From Psammoneis japonica (Eukaryota): 64,000 nt of DNA. Location: positions 62,001-126,000 of the forward strand of contig QPGO01000086.1 in assembly GCA_008632985.1 (NCBI GenBank), in the 5' to 3' direction. Under the pieces are notes generated by a model. The model was given only the letters and a program-made list of their open reading frames with translations. It did not search any database and was not told where the DNA came from. Below, one piece after another: positions 1-11,562 of this stretch. The stretch's first letter is position 1; each line of letters begins with the position of its first letter. The position numbers were made by a program, and so were the translations under genes.

Positions 1-420
1 TTTCTGAAGCAGTGCAAATGCCCCAGCCGCCCTTCTGTGGCAGCAGCACAAATGCCCCAGCCATCCTTCTGCGGCAGCACAAAGGCTCCCAACCACCGCA
101 AGTGGCAGCAATGCAAAGACTCAAACCATCACAAGTGGCAGCAGCACCAAGCCTCCAACCATCCTTTCTGAAGCAGTGCAAAGGCTCCAATGGTCTGTCT
201 GCAGCAGTGCAAATGCTCCAACCATCCTTTGGCAGTGTTGCATGGGCACTCTCAACCAACACAAGTGGCCGCAATGCAAAGACTCCAACTGCCACAAGTG
301 GCAGCAGTGCAAAGGCTCCAACCGTCCTGTCTGAAGCAGCACAAAGGCTCCAACTGTCCTTCTGCATCAGCACAAAGACTCCAACCACCACAAGGGTCAG
401 CAGTGCAAAGGTGCCGCATG
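1..420 (+). repeat. Degenerate ~33-bp tandem repeat, probably a decayed Ser/Thr/Lys/Ala/Pro-rich (STKAPT-like) coding repeat
   Basis: Recurring unit gcag(tg/ca)caaaggctccaacc...; ORF 12..452 reads KTPTATSGSSAKAPT in places. Confidence 0.7.
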
Positions 421-1430
421 CCATTCATGCATCCACAGAAACATGGCCATGAGAACAAGAGCAAGTTGACAGGCCAACCGTGTGTGATCCACGCATCAAC
501 AAAACTCCCGCGGTTCACACAAAATGGGACATTCTCCTGAATGCACAACTGTGGGAAAGCACTGCTGCTGCCGCTGCATCATGATCATCATGAAAGTGCC
601 ATTTTGGCATCGCGCACATTTTCAAATGAACCAATGGACAACCACCATTTCAGCGTCATCCTGCTTGAAGTTGCGCACGAGGCATTGTGCCGAGTTTCTG
701 CTGGCACACCAAAAATGAACTTGACAAGCTGTCCATTGCTTTTTTGTCAGAGAATTGTTGTCCACTGTTCAAAGCCTTCTTTCCACACAGCTGGGCTTTG
801 CATTTCCACATGAGGAGGAAGCTCTGGCACTGCACACATGGGGTCATCCCAGACTGCATTGCTGGTGCACCAAACATCTGTGAAGACACTTCCTTGGCCA
901 CAGCCTGTGATGCAGTTGTCTGAGCAAGGTAAAAGATGTGGCTGCAGCTGAGTGTGATGATGTGCTTTTTTCACACTGTGCTCATCCAGTGCTCTTCTTT
1001 GTGCTTGAGCCCCAGTTGGGTGCTGGCAAGTTCCCATGTGGAGCTGAAGGCACTCTCATGCCAGTGCACAGCAGATTTGACCACGGATCCCACATTTTGG
1101 ATTTGGCAAGCCACACTCACAACATCACACAAATGTCATTTTTGTGCACACTTTGGCTCGCAAGTGTGTGTAGCTGGAGCACTCCTTCAGAGAGCCAAAA
1201 GCTCTTGTTGAGCTCAGTTTGAAGGATCTGTTGATGGAAGAATGGCAGTGAACAAGAACAAGGCTGAGGACAGAGAAGTGGATCCACAGCAGAAAAGAAA
1301 GTGGGCCAGAGAGATGAGCTGCCATCTGGCCTGCTGTGCCAGAGCTCTTTCCACAAAGCATGGCAGCGCGCACAGAAGCTGGGTGCACACGTTCCCACAG
1401 GTCATGTGAGTGGCGCTGGCACAGCGACAC
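1..1430. repeat. TpA/CpG-depleted decayed block A (continues beyond window start)
   Basis: By eye, no TA dinucleotide in 1-929 and only about three up to 1435; TG/CA-rich; overlapping ORFs in all frames rich in C/H/Q/W/M and nearly free of Tyr. Confidence 0.8.
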
Positions 1431-2247
1431 TCTAGCCAGAGAGTCAAACGCTTTCTCTGAAAGTTGAGGATGCGTGATTGCCTGATGATGGCTGTGCTGA
1501 TGTGCCTTCGCTCTTCCCCTGCTCCGATCCACCATTTTCGAAACGAAAACGCTCTAAAAAAAATTCGAAATTTTGACACGTACGCCGTGACGATTCATTT
1601 TTTACTATCGATTTTATTGTACTTTTCAAACATGCATGTGCTACAACCCTTACGTTTATAACGTCGAGCACTGTATTCTTCCGAGGTTGCTTCGTTATTG
1701 CATGCATTCCCGTATGTTTGGCAACTGAAGTCCCGCAAACTAACGCATGCTCGTTGCTTCTCTTTCTTCATATCTTTTGGCCGCAAAAATGAATCCTTAC
1801 CTTCACATCCGAAATCCAAACATTGCGCACATCACTCTGGCTGCATACATAGGGCCCTGCCGGCCTGCCAGCACAGTACTATTGTTTCTTTCAATGTGCA
1901 CCTTGAATTTTTTTCTTGCCCTTCATAGATTTTTTTCGTGACGAAGCACGAGAGTTGCTTTTGGTTGCGCTCCGTCATAATCTTCGATGCGGTATGGCAA
2001 CAAACCATCCTGCCTTGTGTCGATAGACTCTCTCTCTCTCTCTCTCTTGCTGCATTCTGTACAAACGACACGCTTGCCTTACCGCATGCGTTTAAGCATT
2101 GAGACGTACCCGTAAGAACAAGTGGCGTTCTTTGTCTTGCGAGCGCCTTCGACAAAAAATGAAGAATGAATGATTGATGTCTCACATTGTTTGTTTTCTG
2201 GTTTCTGTGTCTTGCCCAACACAGCTAAAACACAAGACACGCTCATC

Positions 2248-3273
2248 ATGCCTGAAAAGGTTGTTGGAATCGTGGATCGTGGATCGGCCTTGTCCGAGAA
2301 GCACACGGTCGTGTGTCGATTTCGCGACTTCAAGTCGTTGACGAGTACCCGAAAGGAACCTGTTCTATCCCCTTGTTTTGAATGCCATGGGCAAATCTGG
2401 AGAATGCTTCTTTTCCCAGGTGGGAGCGAGCATTCTGACAAGAATGAAGTTCACGTTTCCGTGTATCTGCGCTGGATAAACGTGGATGAAAGTGACGATA
2501 GCACCTTGGATACCGTTTTTGCATGTCGACTAGGTTCCAAGACCGTGAGGAGCGTACGGCAGCAGTTTCAGCCAGGCAAAAGCAAGGGATTTGGAAACTT
2601 CCTCCCCCGCGCTGACGTTCTCGACAGATACCTCACAAAGAATGGCGACCTTGAAATAAAAGTCGACATTCAGCTTTTTCAAGATATTGAAAAGTATTCG
2701 GTTCCAAGACAAGTGACATGCCCCGAGAATACACTCCACCTTGACATGCTTGAAATGCTCAGAGATGAAAAGCACGCAGACGTCACTTTTGTAGTCAAAG
2801 ACAAGACATTTCATGCCCATCAAGCTGTGCTATGGGTACGCGCTCCTTTCCTTGCGACCCTTGCTGAAGAGCTTGATCAAGTCATCCCGATCCCTGGTGT
2901 GGATCCGGCTTTGTTCGAGAATCTTCTCCACTTTATCTATTCCAACACTCTACCACCTGCTGTAGATATCAAGGCTGACGCCATTGGTCTACTTGAGCTA
3001 GCAAACAAGTTTGATTGTCCGTCCCTAAAGGCGGTGGCGGAAGCGGAAATCTTTGCAAACGGAATCACGGTCGCGACAGCTGCGGAACTCTTACTCTACG
3101 CAGATAAAATGGATTGCGTCGAGCTAAAAGAAGCAACCAAGCAGTTCTTTCTGGAAAACCGGAAGGCTGTTATGAAGTCCAAAGGTTTTGCCACACTTAA
3201 AGAGTCTCCCAAGCTCTCAGGAGAACTGTTGACGGCTCTCTCTGACCTCCTCCCTCCTCAACTCGGTTACTGA
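2248..3273 (+). CDS. MATH-BTB/POZ domain protein (SPOP/BPM-like Cullin3 adaptor)
   Basis: MATH motif SPCFECHGQIWRMLLFPGG; BTB motif ADVTFVVKDKTFHAHQAVL; BACK-like tail. ATG at 2248 chosen by similarity to the paralog at 5846. Confidence 0.9.
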   Translation: MPEKVVGIVDRGSALSEKHTVVCRFRDFKSLTSTRKEPVLSPCFECHGQIWRMLLFPGGSEHSDKNEVHVSVYLRWINVDESDDSTLDTVFACRLGSKTVRSVRQQFQPGKSKGFGNFLPRADVLDRYLTKNGDLEIKVDIQLFQDIEKYSVPRQVTCPENTLHLDMLEMLRDEKHADVTFVVKDKTFHAHQAVLWVRAPFLATLAEELDQVIPIPGVDPALFENLLHFIYSNTLPPAVDIKADAIGLLELANKFDCPSLKAVAEAEIFANGITVATAAELLLYADKMDCVELKEATKQFFLENRKAVMKSKGFATLKESPKLSGELLTALSDLLPPQLGY

Positions 3274-3668
3274 TTCTTGGTCCGACGAAATGCATCTGTT
3301 TCGATATTTTTGCATGTACAAACATGTGACTCTGTCTGTTTTGTTGTGGCAGGCCACGAGGCTAGCATTATGACAGTAAACATTTTAATTTTAATAATTT
3401 TGCACTTTTCATAAAACATACACTATATTTTACACTACAACCATACGAATTGACGACGGATCAGGCAAGGCGTCTTCAAGAACGAAGATGGCTACAGTAG
3501 TTTCTTTGGATGAAGAGCGCGCATTGCCCCGTCAAAAAGTAGAAGCGTTTTGGTCAACAATTGCAGCTTCGATTGAGTGAAATCAGGGGCTCTCCTCGGA
3601 ATGCCTTTTTCCAGAGCTATCAGTTGAAACCTCTTTTCCCTTTGTTCTCGCCTATATATCGTTTCGCT

Positions 3669-5147
3669 TCAAGAAGCGCGCTGAAACAGGTCCGGTTTTG
3701 CGCAACAAAAGTAATACATGAGATCACAATCATCCTTGACCCTTGACAACACTGTAGCCCAAAGAACTGTAGGAAAGTCGTGTCGTCCCAAAAACCGCCG
3801 ACCGGCTCGGTTGAGCTTGAGGTATAATTCAATGGCCTCGTCGGTTTCAGAATTACCGTCGTCATTTGCAATCGTCATTCGTCTCAAGGTACAATTGACA
3901 CGTAGCCCGTTGAGCAACGGTTGCTTATCAGTGATACTTGCTCCATTCATAGAAAGGTTGTGTAAGGAATGATTTGTTTGTATCATGTCTTCGATTGCAG
4001 CCGTGCAGCCATTGTCAATGTTGTTGCCGTGAACCGTCAGCGATTCGAGACCAGAGTTGTGTTTCAACCCATTCATGATTGCATTTACACCCTCGTTACC
4101 CATGTTGCTGTTGAAAAGATGAAGTTCCAATGATTGAAGGCTGTGATTTATCTCAAGCATCCTGCCAATAGCTATCGGTCCCTCATCCGAGCCATTGCTG
4201 CCTTCTACCAGTCGTAGCTTCTGCAACGCGATATTTCTCTTCAAGCCATGAGCAATACACGGAACGACACTAGAATCGTCGAAACGGCCTACCAGTATCA
4301 AAGACTTGAGCGTCGTGTTTACGCTCAATGCACGCTGAATGGCGCTAGCACTGGCTGAACCCACTCGAACCCCACAAAGACCAAGCTCTTCCATTCCTGA
4401 ATTAACATTCAATCCCTCTGCCACTTGTGCTACTCCAATGTCACCAATCTCATTTCCCCACAGGTGTAAGGACTTCAACGACCGGTTTGACGTGAGCATG
4501 ACCCCAAACGCAGCCGCACCCTCATTACCAATATCGTTATAGCCCAAATGCAAAGTCCCCAGTGACTGGTTGTACCGCAAGCCAAGAGCAAGAGCTTGGG
4601 CACCCTCCGCACCAATACCATTACCATAGAGATTCAGAAACACTAAATGCTTATTATGCTTGAGCATCTGGCCAAATGCAACAGCTCCATCATTACCAAT
4701 ACGATTACGGCCCAACCAGAGCTTCTTTAAGAATTTATTGTGTTTCAAACCTTCCGCCAAAGCCTTTCCTCCGGCCGGGCCAATGTAATTCTTTGCCACG
4801 TGAAGAGAAACGAGTCGTTTGTTCACCTTGAGCATTTTTCCCAGTGACTGAGCGCCATGGTCTCCAATGTAATTGTTCCATAGCTCGAGCTGTTGGATGG
4901 ATAATGTTTTTGTTTTTCGGAGTCGACTCGCAAGAGCCTTGATTCCCGTCGGACCAATGTGGTTTAACGAAAGGACCAGTTTGCGCAAGACTGTATTTTT
5001 GGCCAAGGCCAAAGCAAGAGCCACACAAGTCGCATTGTCCATTTGACGGTTGGATTGATTTAATTCCGTAATGGCTGGATCGTTTTCAGCCAAGCGATCC
5101 AACACATCTTGAATCCACAAGGGCAGTTCCGGTGTTGATCGATTCAT
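3669..5147 (-). CDS. Leucine-rich repeat protein, RNI/NLRC3-like 28-aa repeats
   Basis: Repeated LxxLxLxxNxIGxxGAxALAxxLxxN units in a 492-aa ORF; C-terminal LKLNRAGRR...LWATVL cap. Confidence 0.9.
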   Translation of the reverse strand: MNRSTPELPLWIQDVLDRLAENDPAITELNQSNRQMDNATCVALALALAKNTVLRKLVLSLNHIGPTGIKALASRLRKTKTLSIQQLELWNNYIGDHGAQSLGKMLKVNKRLVSLHVAKNYIGPAGGKALAEGLKHNKFLKKLWLGRNRIGNDGAVAFGQMLKHNKHLVFLNLYGNGIGAEGAQALALGLRYNQSLGTLHLGYNDIGNEGAAAFGVMLTSNRSLKSLHLWGNEIGDIGVAQVAEGLNVNSGMEELGLCGVRVGSASASAIQRALSVNTTLKSLILVGRFDDSSVVPCIAHGLKRNIALQKLRLVEGSNGSDEGPIAIGRMLEINHSLQSLELHLFNSNMGNEGVNAIMNGLKHNSGLESLTVHGNNIDNGCTAAIEDMIQTNHSLHNLSMNGASITDKQPLLNGLRVNCTLRRMTIANDDGNSETDEAIELYLKLNRAGRRFLGRHDFPTVLWATVLSRVKDDCDLMYYFCCAKPDLFQRAS

Positions 5148-5845
5148 ATTTGACTCGGTGTCCGATCGCTGGAAGAATTCTCAATTTTGATAAAGTTGAT
5201 GCAAGAGAGATGAAGGGTCAACGCCAGGGTCAACGCCAATCAAATCAACACTGTTTCTATCAAGTACTCAATGTTGAAAGACGGACACGACTGCGCTAAC
5301 TTGCGGGGGGCGAAGTGAGAGTTTCTCAAGTTTTGTTCGCAAGCGAAAAAAAAAAAAAAAGAAAAAAAACAACGTGACTCCCTCAACCGATTTTGTAAAG
5401 CCAAGGCGTCTTTAAAAATGATACATAGGCGCAGCACTTTCTTTATTGGCTAACACATCAACGCGGATAATACTGTAAGCAACGCAGCAGGCAGAAAAAC
5501 ATTCATGCTCATGGTGCCGGGCGGTGATGTGTAGCCACGGCCCACGGCCAGGCCGGCTATTTTAGAAGTAATATCGCGGGGGCGCGCGGCGAATGCATGC
5601 ATGCGCGCGCGCGCGAATCGAAAAGAGCCGTCCGGTTGGTCCGTCCTTCGTCGCACGGGACCCGCGCGAAAAGTCAGTGACAGTAAAGGCTCGCGCAGAA
5701 ACGCGCAATAGGGGTGGGTCGAAAATAATGGAAAATGGCGCAACGCGAACAACTATCGAGGCAGGTGAACATAATAAGAGCGGGGGTAGATAAGAGAGAT
5801 TTTCTTTGCATATACATCAAGAGTGTCGAGGATTTGTAGACAATA

Positions 5846-6892
5846 ATGGCGGACGAACGAATGAACAAGAAACGCAAGGTCGAGTTGGAAGGAGGGAAAG
5901 TTGTCGGTGTCGTTACGACGGGAGTTGAACTGTCGGAGAAGCACACTGTTGTTTGCAGGTTTCCCGGATTTGAAGATGCCATCCAAAGCGGTTCCATTCT
6001 TACTCCTTCCTTTTCGTGTCATGGACATTGTTGGAAGCTGAATATTTCAACCAACGAGCGCGACCGAGACCAGCATGTATCATTTAACCTGCGTCTTTTA
6101 GTCTTCAACCGCGACACCGAATTGAAAGCGAAAGCCGGTATCCGGATTGGTCCAAAATCACGAGAGAAGGAATTACTGCAAAGAGGGGACATTGGATCCG
6201 TTAAGTTTCGGAACTTCTTTCGCGACGACGACATTCTAGACAGGAACAATGGATACTTGTTGAACGGCACCCTCGAGGTCAACGTCGACATTCAGGTCTA
6301 CAAAACTGTCGAGAGCTCCATGGTGCCGCCTGCGGCGAAGCCCCCCAAGAATACGTTGCACCTTGATTTACTGCGGATGCTTGAGTCTGGTGAGAATTCG
6401 GACGTTACGTTTCAGGTCGAGGGCAAAACGTTTCGAGCTCATCGAGTTTTACTAAAGGCGAGAGCTCCTCAACTCTCCGCCTTTGCGGAGGACTGCCCTC
6501 GCAATCAGGTAATCCCCATTCCTGATATGGATGCGGAAGTGTTTGGAGCCTTTCTACACTTTATCTATTCCGACACTCTCCCGATTACGATGGAGGACAA
6601 GGGGAGACTTCTTGACCTCTTGGAAGTGGCCAACAAGTACGACTGCCCGTCTCTCAAGGCTGTGGCTGAAGCAGATATTATCGCTTCTGGCATTACAGTA
6701 GAGAATGCTGTTGATCTCTTTATCCATGCAGGCGTCATGGATTGCAACGAGCTAAAGGAAGCTACCGTGCAGGTTCTTTCTGAAAACCTGGAGGCAGTCA
6801 TGCAGACGGAAAGCTATTCGAAAATTCAAGAGTCGGCTGAGTACCAAGCCGACCTTTTGAGGGCTCTTGCTTCATCCCGTCGCAACCTCTAG
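5846..6892 (+). CDS. MATH-BTB/POZ domain protein, paralog of 2248-3273
   Basis: Shares KVVG..LSEKHTVVCRF, NTLHLD and DCPSLKAVAEA with the first copy; SDVTFQVEGKTFRAHRVLL BTB motif. Confidence 0.9.
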   Translation: MADERMNKKRKVELEGGKVVGVVTTGVELSEKHTVVCRFPGFEDAIQSGSILTPSFSCHGHCWKLNISTNERDRDQHVSFNLRLLVFNRDTELKAKAGIRIGPKSREKELLQRGDIGSVKFRNFFRDDDILDRNNGYLLNGTLEVNVDIQVYKTVESSMVPPAAKPPKNTLHLDLLRMLESGENSDVTFQVEGKTFRAHRVLLKARAPQLSAFAEDCPRNQVIPIPDMDAEVFGAFLHFIYSDTLPITMEDKGRLLDLLEVANKYDCPSLKAVAEADIIASGITVENAVDLFIHAGVMDCNELKEATVQVLSENLEAVMQTESYSKIQESAEYQADLLRALASSRRNL

Positions 6893-7070
6893 AGTAGTAT
6901 TGGATCATAGATCCGTCATGGGGGGCTTCCATTATTCAACGGATCATGTGGTAGTTTATCTTGTGTCTGAACTGTGCCAAATCGATTGCTGTTTTCAAGA
7001 AACAGTTTTTCCATATGCATTGCGATACAAACATGATAGCCATCGCTAATGAAATTACATAGCTCATCCA

Positions 7071-8713
7071 CTACTCTTCATCTTCCTCTTCATCTTCTTC
7101 CACTATTTCGACTTCAACTATTGTATCAATATTGTGCGACGTGGGACCCTTTTGAAACATTTCTTGAAAGTCGTCAAAGTCCAAATCATCGTGTCCCTCC
7201 AGCATTTCTGAAACCGACGCCTTGACGGCGGGTGAGTCACCCAACATTTTCAACAGATTCTTTTTCGAAATAACGCCCGAATGATCTTCATCGAGCAAAT
7301 CAAAGGCCTCTTGTAGCTGCGCTTGTTCCACTTCACCCCCAGCTTCTACCGTGGCAGCGAGAAATTCTGTATACATGATTTCATTGTTGCAATTGACATC
7401 CAATTTCTTAAACAAGACTTCCAGTTCTTCTTGAGAACTCCCCGATTTGGCAAATCCATTCATAAATTCCTCCTTGGTCAATGTCCCACTCTGATTGACA
7501 TCCAAATCACGAAAGAGCTGTCGGTATTCGGATACACCCTGGTGTGCCGCCTTGCGTGCCAACACATTGAGTGCAACTCGCTTAATGGGCGAGCTGCGTC
7601 CATACAAATCAAAGGAAATGACCAAACTGTTGGGAAGAATGGGTATTGGACGACTAGCGGCGATCCAGTCATGTTTGAGGGCCGACGCTGCCGTTGGGCG
7701 GGTCGAAGCGTCCTCGTCCAAACAGCCCTTGACAAAGTGTAGAGAGGCTTTGGAGTGTTTCCAGCCTGTATACGAGGGATTGGCTCTGACGATATTGGCC
7801 TCCATCTCCTCTCTGGTATGGTTGGAAAAACGGCAAGAGTTCGAAAATTTGTCAGTCAAGGCTGGTCTGAACAGCACGTGCATCAATCAACAACAACAAG
7901 AAACAATAGCACTACGCACACTGTATCACCGTCAAATGGCTTCTTTCCCTCCATGAGCAACATGTAAGCACACACACCGACCGCCCAAACATCAGCCTTG
8001 TTGGAATATCGTCCCTTTATAACTTCTGGTGCCATGGCATGGACAGATCCCGTCTTTTCGGTGAGTGCTCGAAAGACACCCGGCTTTTCGGGGTGTTCGT
8101 CCAATCGAGTCGCACATCCAAAGTCAATCAATTTAATATCCGCATCGTCCTTTTCATTTTCAAAGAGAATATTGGTAAATTCCACATCCCGATGCACGAT
8201 ATTTCGATGATGCAGATACGCTACCGCCGACAAGACTTGTCGCAAAATTCGAGCCGCGTCTTCTTCTTTGTAAGGCAATCGATCCACCAAACTCCCACCG
8301 GTACAACACTCCAACACGAGTGACAATCGTTTATTAATCTTTGCCAATTCATATAGCTTGACGATATTGGGATGATCGCATTCCAACAAAATCGCAGCTT
8401 CTTTTCCCAATTGCGGTGGTGGCTCGTCCGATTTGCCATTGTACAATTTAATGGCATACATGCCCGCCGTGGAATTTTTCGTTTTAATGTGATACTTTTT
8501 CGACTTTGCCATGACAATATCAGTGGCACGGCCCTTGCCAATTTCGTTTTCAATCTCGTAATTTTCTTCCACTTTGCGATTCTCATCCTTGACCATGTTG
8601 CCGTGTAAACTCGGATTGCGACTCGGGTGTTTGGCAATGCCCGGCTTTTTCTTGCCACCGGCGCCTCCACCACCAGTAGCTGCTGTGGCTTGTGTGCTTG
8701 AACCGCAACCCAT
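7071..8713 (-). CDS. Calcium-dependent protein kinase-like (kinase plus EF-hands), two exons, predicted intron 7813-7919
   Basis: MGCGSS myristoylation/palmitoylation start; YAIK, HRD, DFG and MAPE motifs; EF-hands DVNQSGTLTKEE, DVNCNNEIMYTE, DEDHSGVISKKN. A GT..AG intron joins ...FDGDTV-EEMEANI in frame. Confidence 0.88.
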
Positions 8714-9242
8714 ACTGTACAAAACTTGACACTCTTACACAGATCAAACAACAATCAGGCGGACGTAATAGGTCTTCTCAAAAATTGCTAAAAAGCTTGA
8801 CAGTGGAAGCACCTGCAACTTTTGTAACGTTGTAGCAATCACTTGGTCTCTTCTACGGATGAACTAAGAACAACAAAGTGGACGTATGGATGCAAAAAAC
8901 CACTCAATAGATTGGTATCAAATAATGTATGAAGCAGAAACAGTCTTGTTCTTTCTGTTTTTGTTTTGTGTGTTGAATTTTTTGTTATGTGTGATGTTTC
9001 GCCGAGTGCGAGTGCGTCGCGTGACATCGCGAAGAGAAGGCTTCTCATCATGTCGCAAGATTCCTGATTCCTTCTTCCCATAAACTACTGTACGTAAATG
9101 GCTTCCGATTATGACGTCATCAGTAACTAGTCCTCCAGATCTGAATAAAAATATCTTAAGAATCTTTGGAATCTTGAAGCTGGCGGATTTTCGAAATTCC
9201 AAAATACCGGTAATCATCTCGTATCTTTCTCATGACCCGACC

Positions 9243-10286
9243 ATGACACGACCACGTTCTTGTCTTCGTCGTGGCGTGCTGTTCCTTCTTTTTTTCATAG
9301 TCACATCATCCTCATTAGCTCTCAATATATGCATCACTGGTAGTTCTCAAGGAATTGGATTGGACGCGGCAAGGCGCTTGATTGCCGACGGCCACACGGT
9401 GTTTCATGCGTGCCGCAATGAGGAGCGTGCCAACGTGGCTGCAAAAGACGCCGGCGGTGGAATACCCATGGTGTGTGACTTGTCCGACTTGGAATCCATC
9501 AAACAGTTTGCAAACAAACTAAAGCAGCAAGCACCCACACTGGATGTGCTTTGTCTTAATGCCGGAATTGCACCATCCACAAAATCCACCGCACCACGCC
9601 TCACCAAGCAGGGCTATGAAGAATGCATTGGAGTTAATCATTTGGGACACTTTTTCTTGGCAAATTTACTCAAAGACCACTTGGCAAAAAGCAGCAGCGC
9701 GAGTCGTTTGGTTGTGACCGCCTCGAGTGTACACGACCCGGAGAGTCCTGGCGGAGCTGTCGGTGGCAAGGGAGGTGCGACTCTAGGAGACTTGTCGGGC
9801 CTTGGCATCAAACTGGATGCAACTTCAACGGAACATGTGCCAACCATGGTGGATGGTACAATCGAGTATGACGGGGGCAAGGTGTACAAGGATTCCAAGC
9901 TTTGCAATGTACTCTTTTGTCGCGAGGCAGTCAAACGTTGGAAGGACGAAATTGCCATTCGATCTCTCAACCCTGGATTCATCCCGACATCGGGACTGTT
10001 TCGGGAACCCAAAAGGGACAATTGGCTCGGTGCTACAGCTTTTACCTTTGTCGCTGGAATTGCCGGACTTGCCGTCCCAATCCAAGTGGGAGGTGCCCGA
10101 CTTGCCTACATGGCGACGGCGGACGACGACGAGGTTCCAAACGGCTCGTACTTTTCAGCCGAAGTGAAATCAAAGGCAGTCACCAAGGCGGATGGCTTTA
10201 CAGATGGCACAATCTCCAAGGAAGCGTCCGACGACAGCTTGGCGACGCGACTGTGGGATAAGTCTGCCGAGATTGTGGGTGTCTGA
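9243..10286 (+). CDS. Short-chain dehydrogenase/reductase, protochlorophyllide-reductase-like, with N-terminal signal peptide
   Basis: TGSSQGIG Rossmann motif, LNAG, GVNHLGHFFL, catalytic YKDSK; hydrophobic N-terminus. Confidence 0.85.
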   Translation: MTRPRSCLRRGVLFLLFFIVTSSSLALNICITGSSQGIGLDAARRLIADGHTVFHACRNEERANVAAKDAGGGIPMVCDLSDLESIKQFANKLKQQAPTLDVLCLNAGIAPSTKSTAPRLTKQGYEECIGVNHLGHFFLANLLKDHLAKSSSASRLVVTASSVHDPESPGGAVGGKGGATLGDLSGLGIKLDATSTEHVPTMVDGTIEYDGGKVYKDSKLCNVLFCREAVKRWKDEIAIRSLNPGFIPTSGLFREPKRDNWLGATAFTFVAGIAGLAVPIQVGGARLAYMATADDDEVPNGSYFSAEVKSKAVTKADGFTDGTISKEASDDSLATRLWDKSAEIVGV

Positions 10287-10638
10287 GAGAATACTACTTT
10301 GCGAAAAGAAAAGGAACAAGAGCTACGGTAGTGCCAAGAACTTATCTTGGAATCATTCTGACGATCCGGCCAATTGTGTACAGCACAAACATAAGACTTC
10401 TTAGACCACCCCATATGATTCGCCTCTCATGGTAAATCCTCCAAGTATGTTTTTTTTCCTACTCGTAGGTTGTTTTGTCTTCTAGCTAGAGAATACCTTA
10501 GAAAGGAGGAAAGAAGCTGTTGCCAACCGCTTCTGTTGACATAAGCTGGATGATTCTGTAGAGTAGCTGTAGAATGTTAAGCAAGCTATCCGCCCTCATT
10601 GATAAATGTGATAAGCCCTCTATAGAACCAAGGTAAGT

Positions 10639-11562
10639 TTATGATTGAATAGTATGCGGCTGAAAATCAGGCACCGACCCCGACGCCTCTCGCAGTCTCT
10701 TCATTGCAAGTTCCAAACTCGCTTCGTCGACACCATATGCTTGTAACCAGTGCTTTGTTAACCCCAAACTCTTGACCAAATCTTCTACCTTTTCCCTTTT
10801 GTCGACACCTTCTCCTTCTTTTTCTTGTGTCTCTTGTAGCGCCAATCCCAAGGCTGCACACGCCAGGGGCAACGCCGCGCACATGAGTGCTTGTGATGAA
10901 AAGAGTGCATCATTGAGTCGTCTCCAAGCCACGGCAACCAGCTGTATTTCGGATGATATTTCTTCCGCTAATAGTACAACCAATCGATGTGGATGTGACA
11001 CAAGCACATCAAATTGTAGCATGCGCAACACGGCTTGTTCGGTTGACACGAGTTGCTCCTTGGCTTGCCAATACGTTTCATCCAAGGGCGGTGGATCCGA
11101 AAGAACTGAAATTGTTTCCAATGATTGATGACTAGCTGTATCTTTGCTTTTACTACTTGTTGTTTCAGTCTTGTCAAATTGAAACACGTGAGCCACATTG
11201 ATCACGTCTCGAAGTCGTCGTAGTTCGTCTTGGGCTTTGCATCCCAAAAACAAGCATGCGGCAGCCACCATTTTGGTTTCATCTCGTTCTTGTTCTTCCA
11301 TCGGTGCTGCTGCTCGATTATAATGATAGCGATGAAACAGTACCAAGGATGTAAATCTTGCTTCCTGCGTCAGTTCCAACACGTGACAGGCTACAAACAT
11401 GCGACACAGGGTGCTTCTGGGTACGTGCACCACTGCTATTTCTGAAGCAGAAGACTCCGGACCTGTATTGTCAACAGAACAGCAGTGTTCTGGCGGGAGT
11501 GGCGCTCGCAGTTCGACATCATTCTTGAGTAGTGCCTCTCCCTTTTGTTGTAATGTGTTCAT
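10639..11562 (-). CDS. Transcriptional cyclin (cyclin L/K/FAM58-like)
   Basis: Cyclin-box motifs AAACLFLGCK..RRLRDVINV and EQAVLRMLQFDVLVSHPH. Confidence 0.8.
   Translation of the reverse strand: MNTLQQKGEALLKNDVELRAPLPPEHCCSVDNTGPESSASEIAVVHVPRSTLCRMFVACHVLELTQEARFTSLVLFHRYHYNRAAAPMEEQERDETKMVAAACLFLGCKAQDELRRLRDVINVAHVFQFDKTETTSSKSKDTASHQSLETISVLSDPPPLDETYWQAKEQLVSTEQAVLRMLQFDVLVSHPHRLVVLLAEEISSEIQLVAVAWRRLNDALFSSQALMCAALPLACAALGLALQETQEKEGEGVDKREKVEDLVKSLGLTKHWLQAYGVDEASLELAMKRLREASGSVPDFQPHTIQS

Noticed and set aside
7867..7919. 53-bp intron in the kinase gene
   Set aside because: The acceptor at 7813 has a branch-like ctgac and a pyrimidine tract and gives a better kinase sequence.
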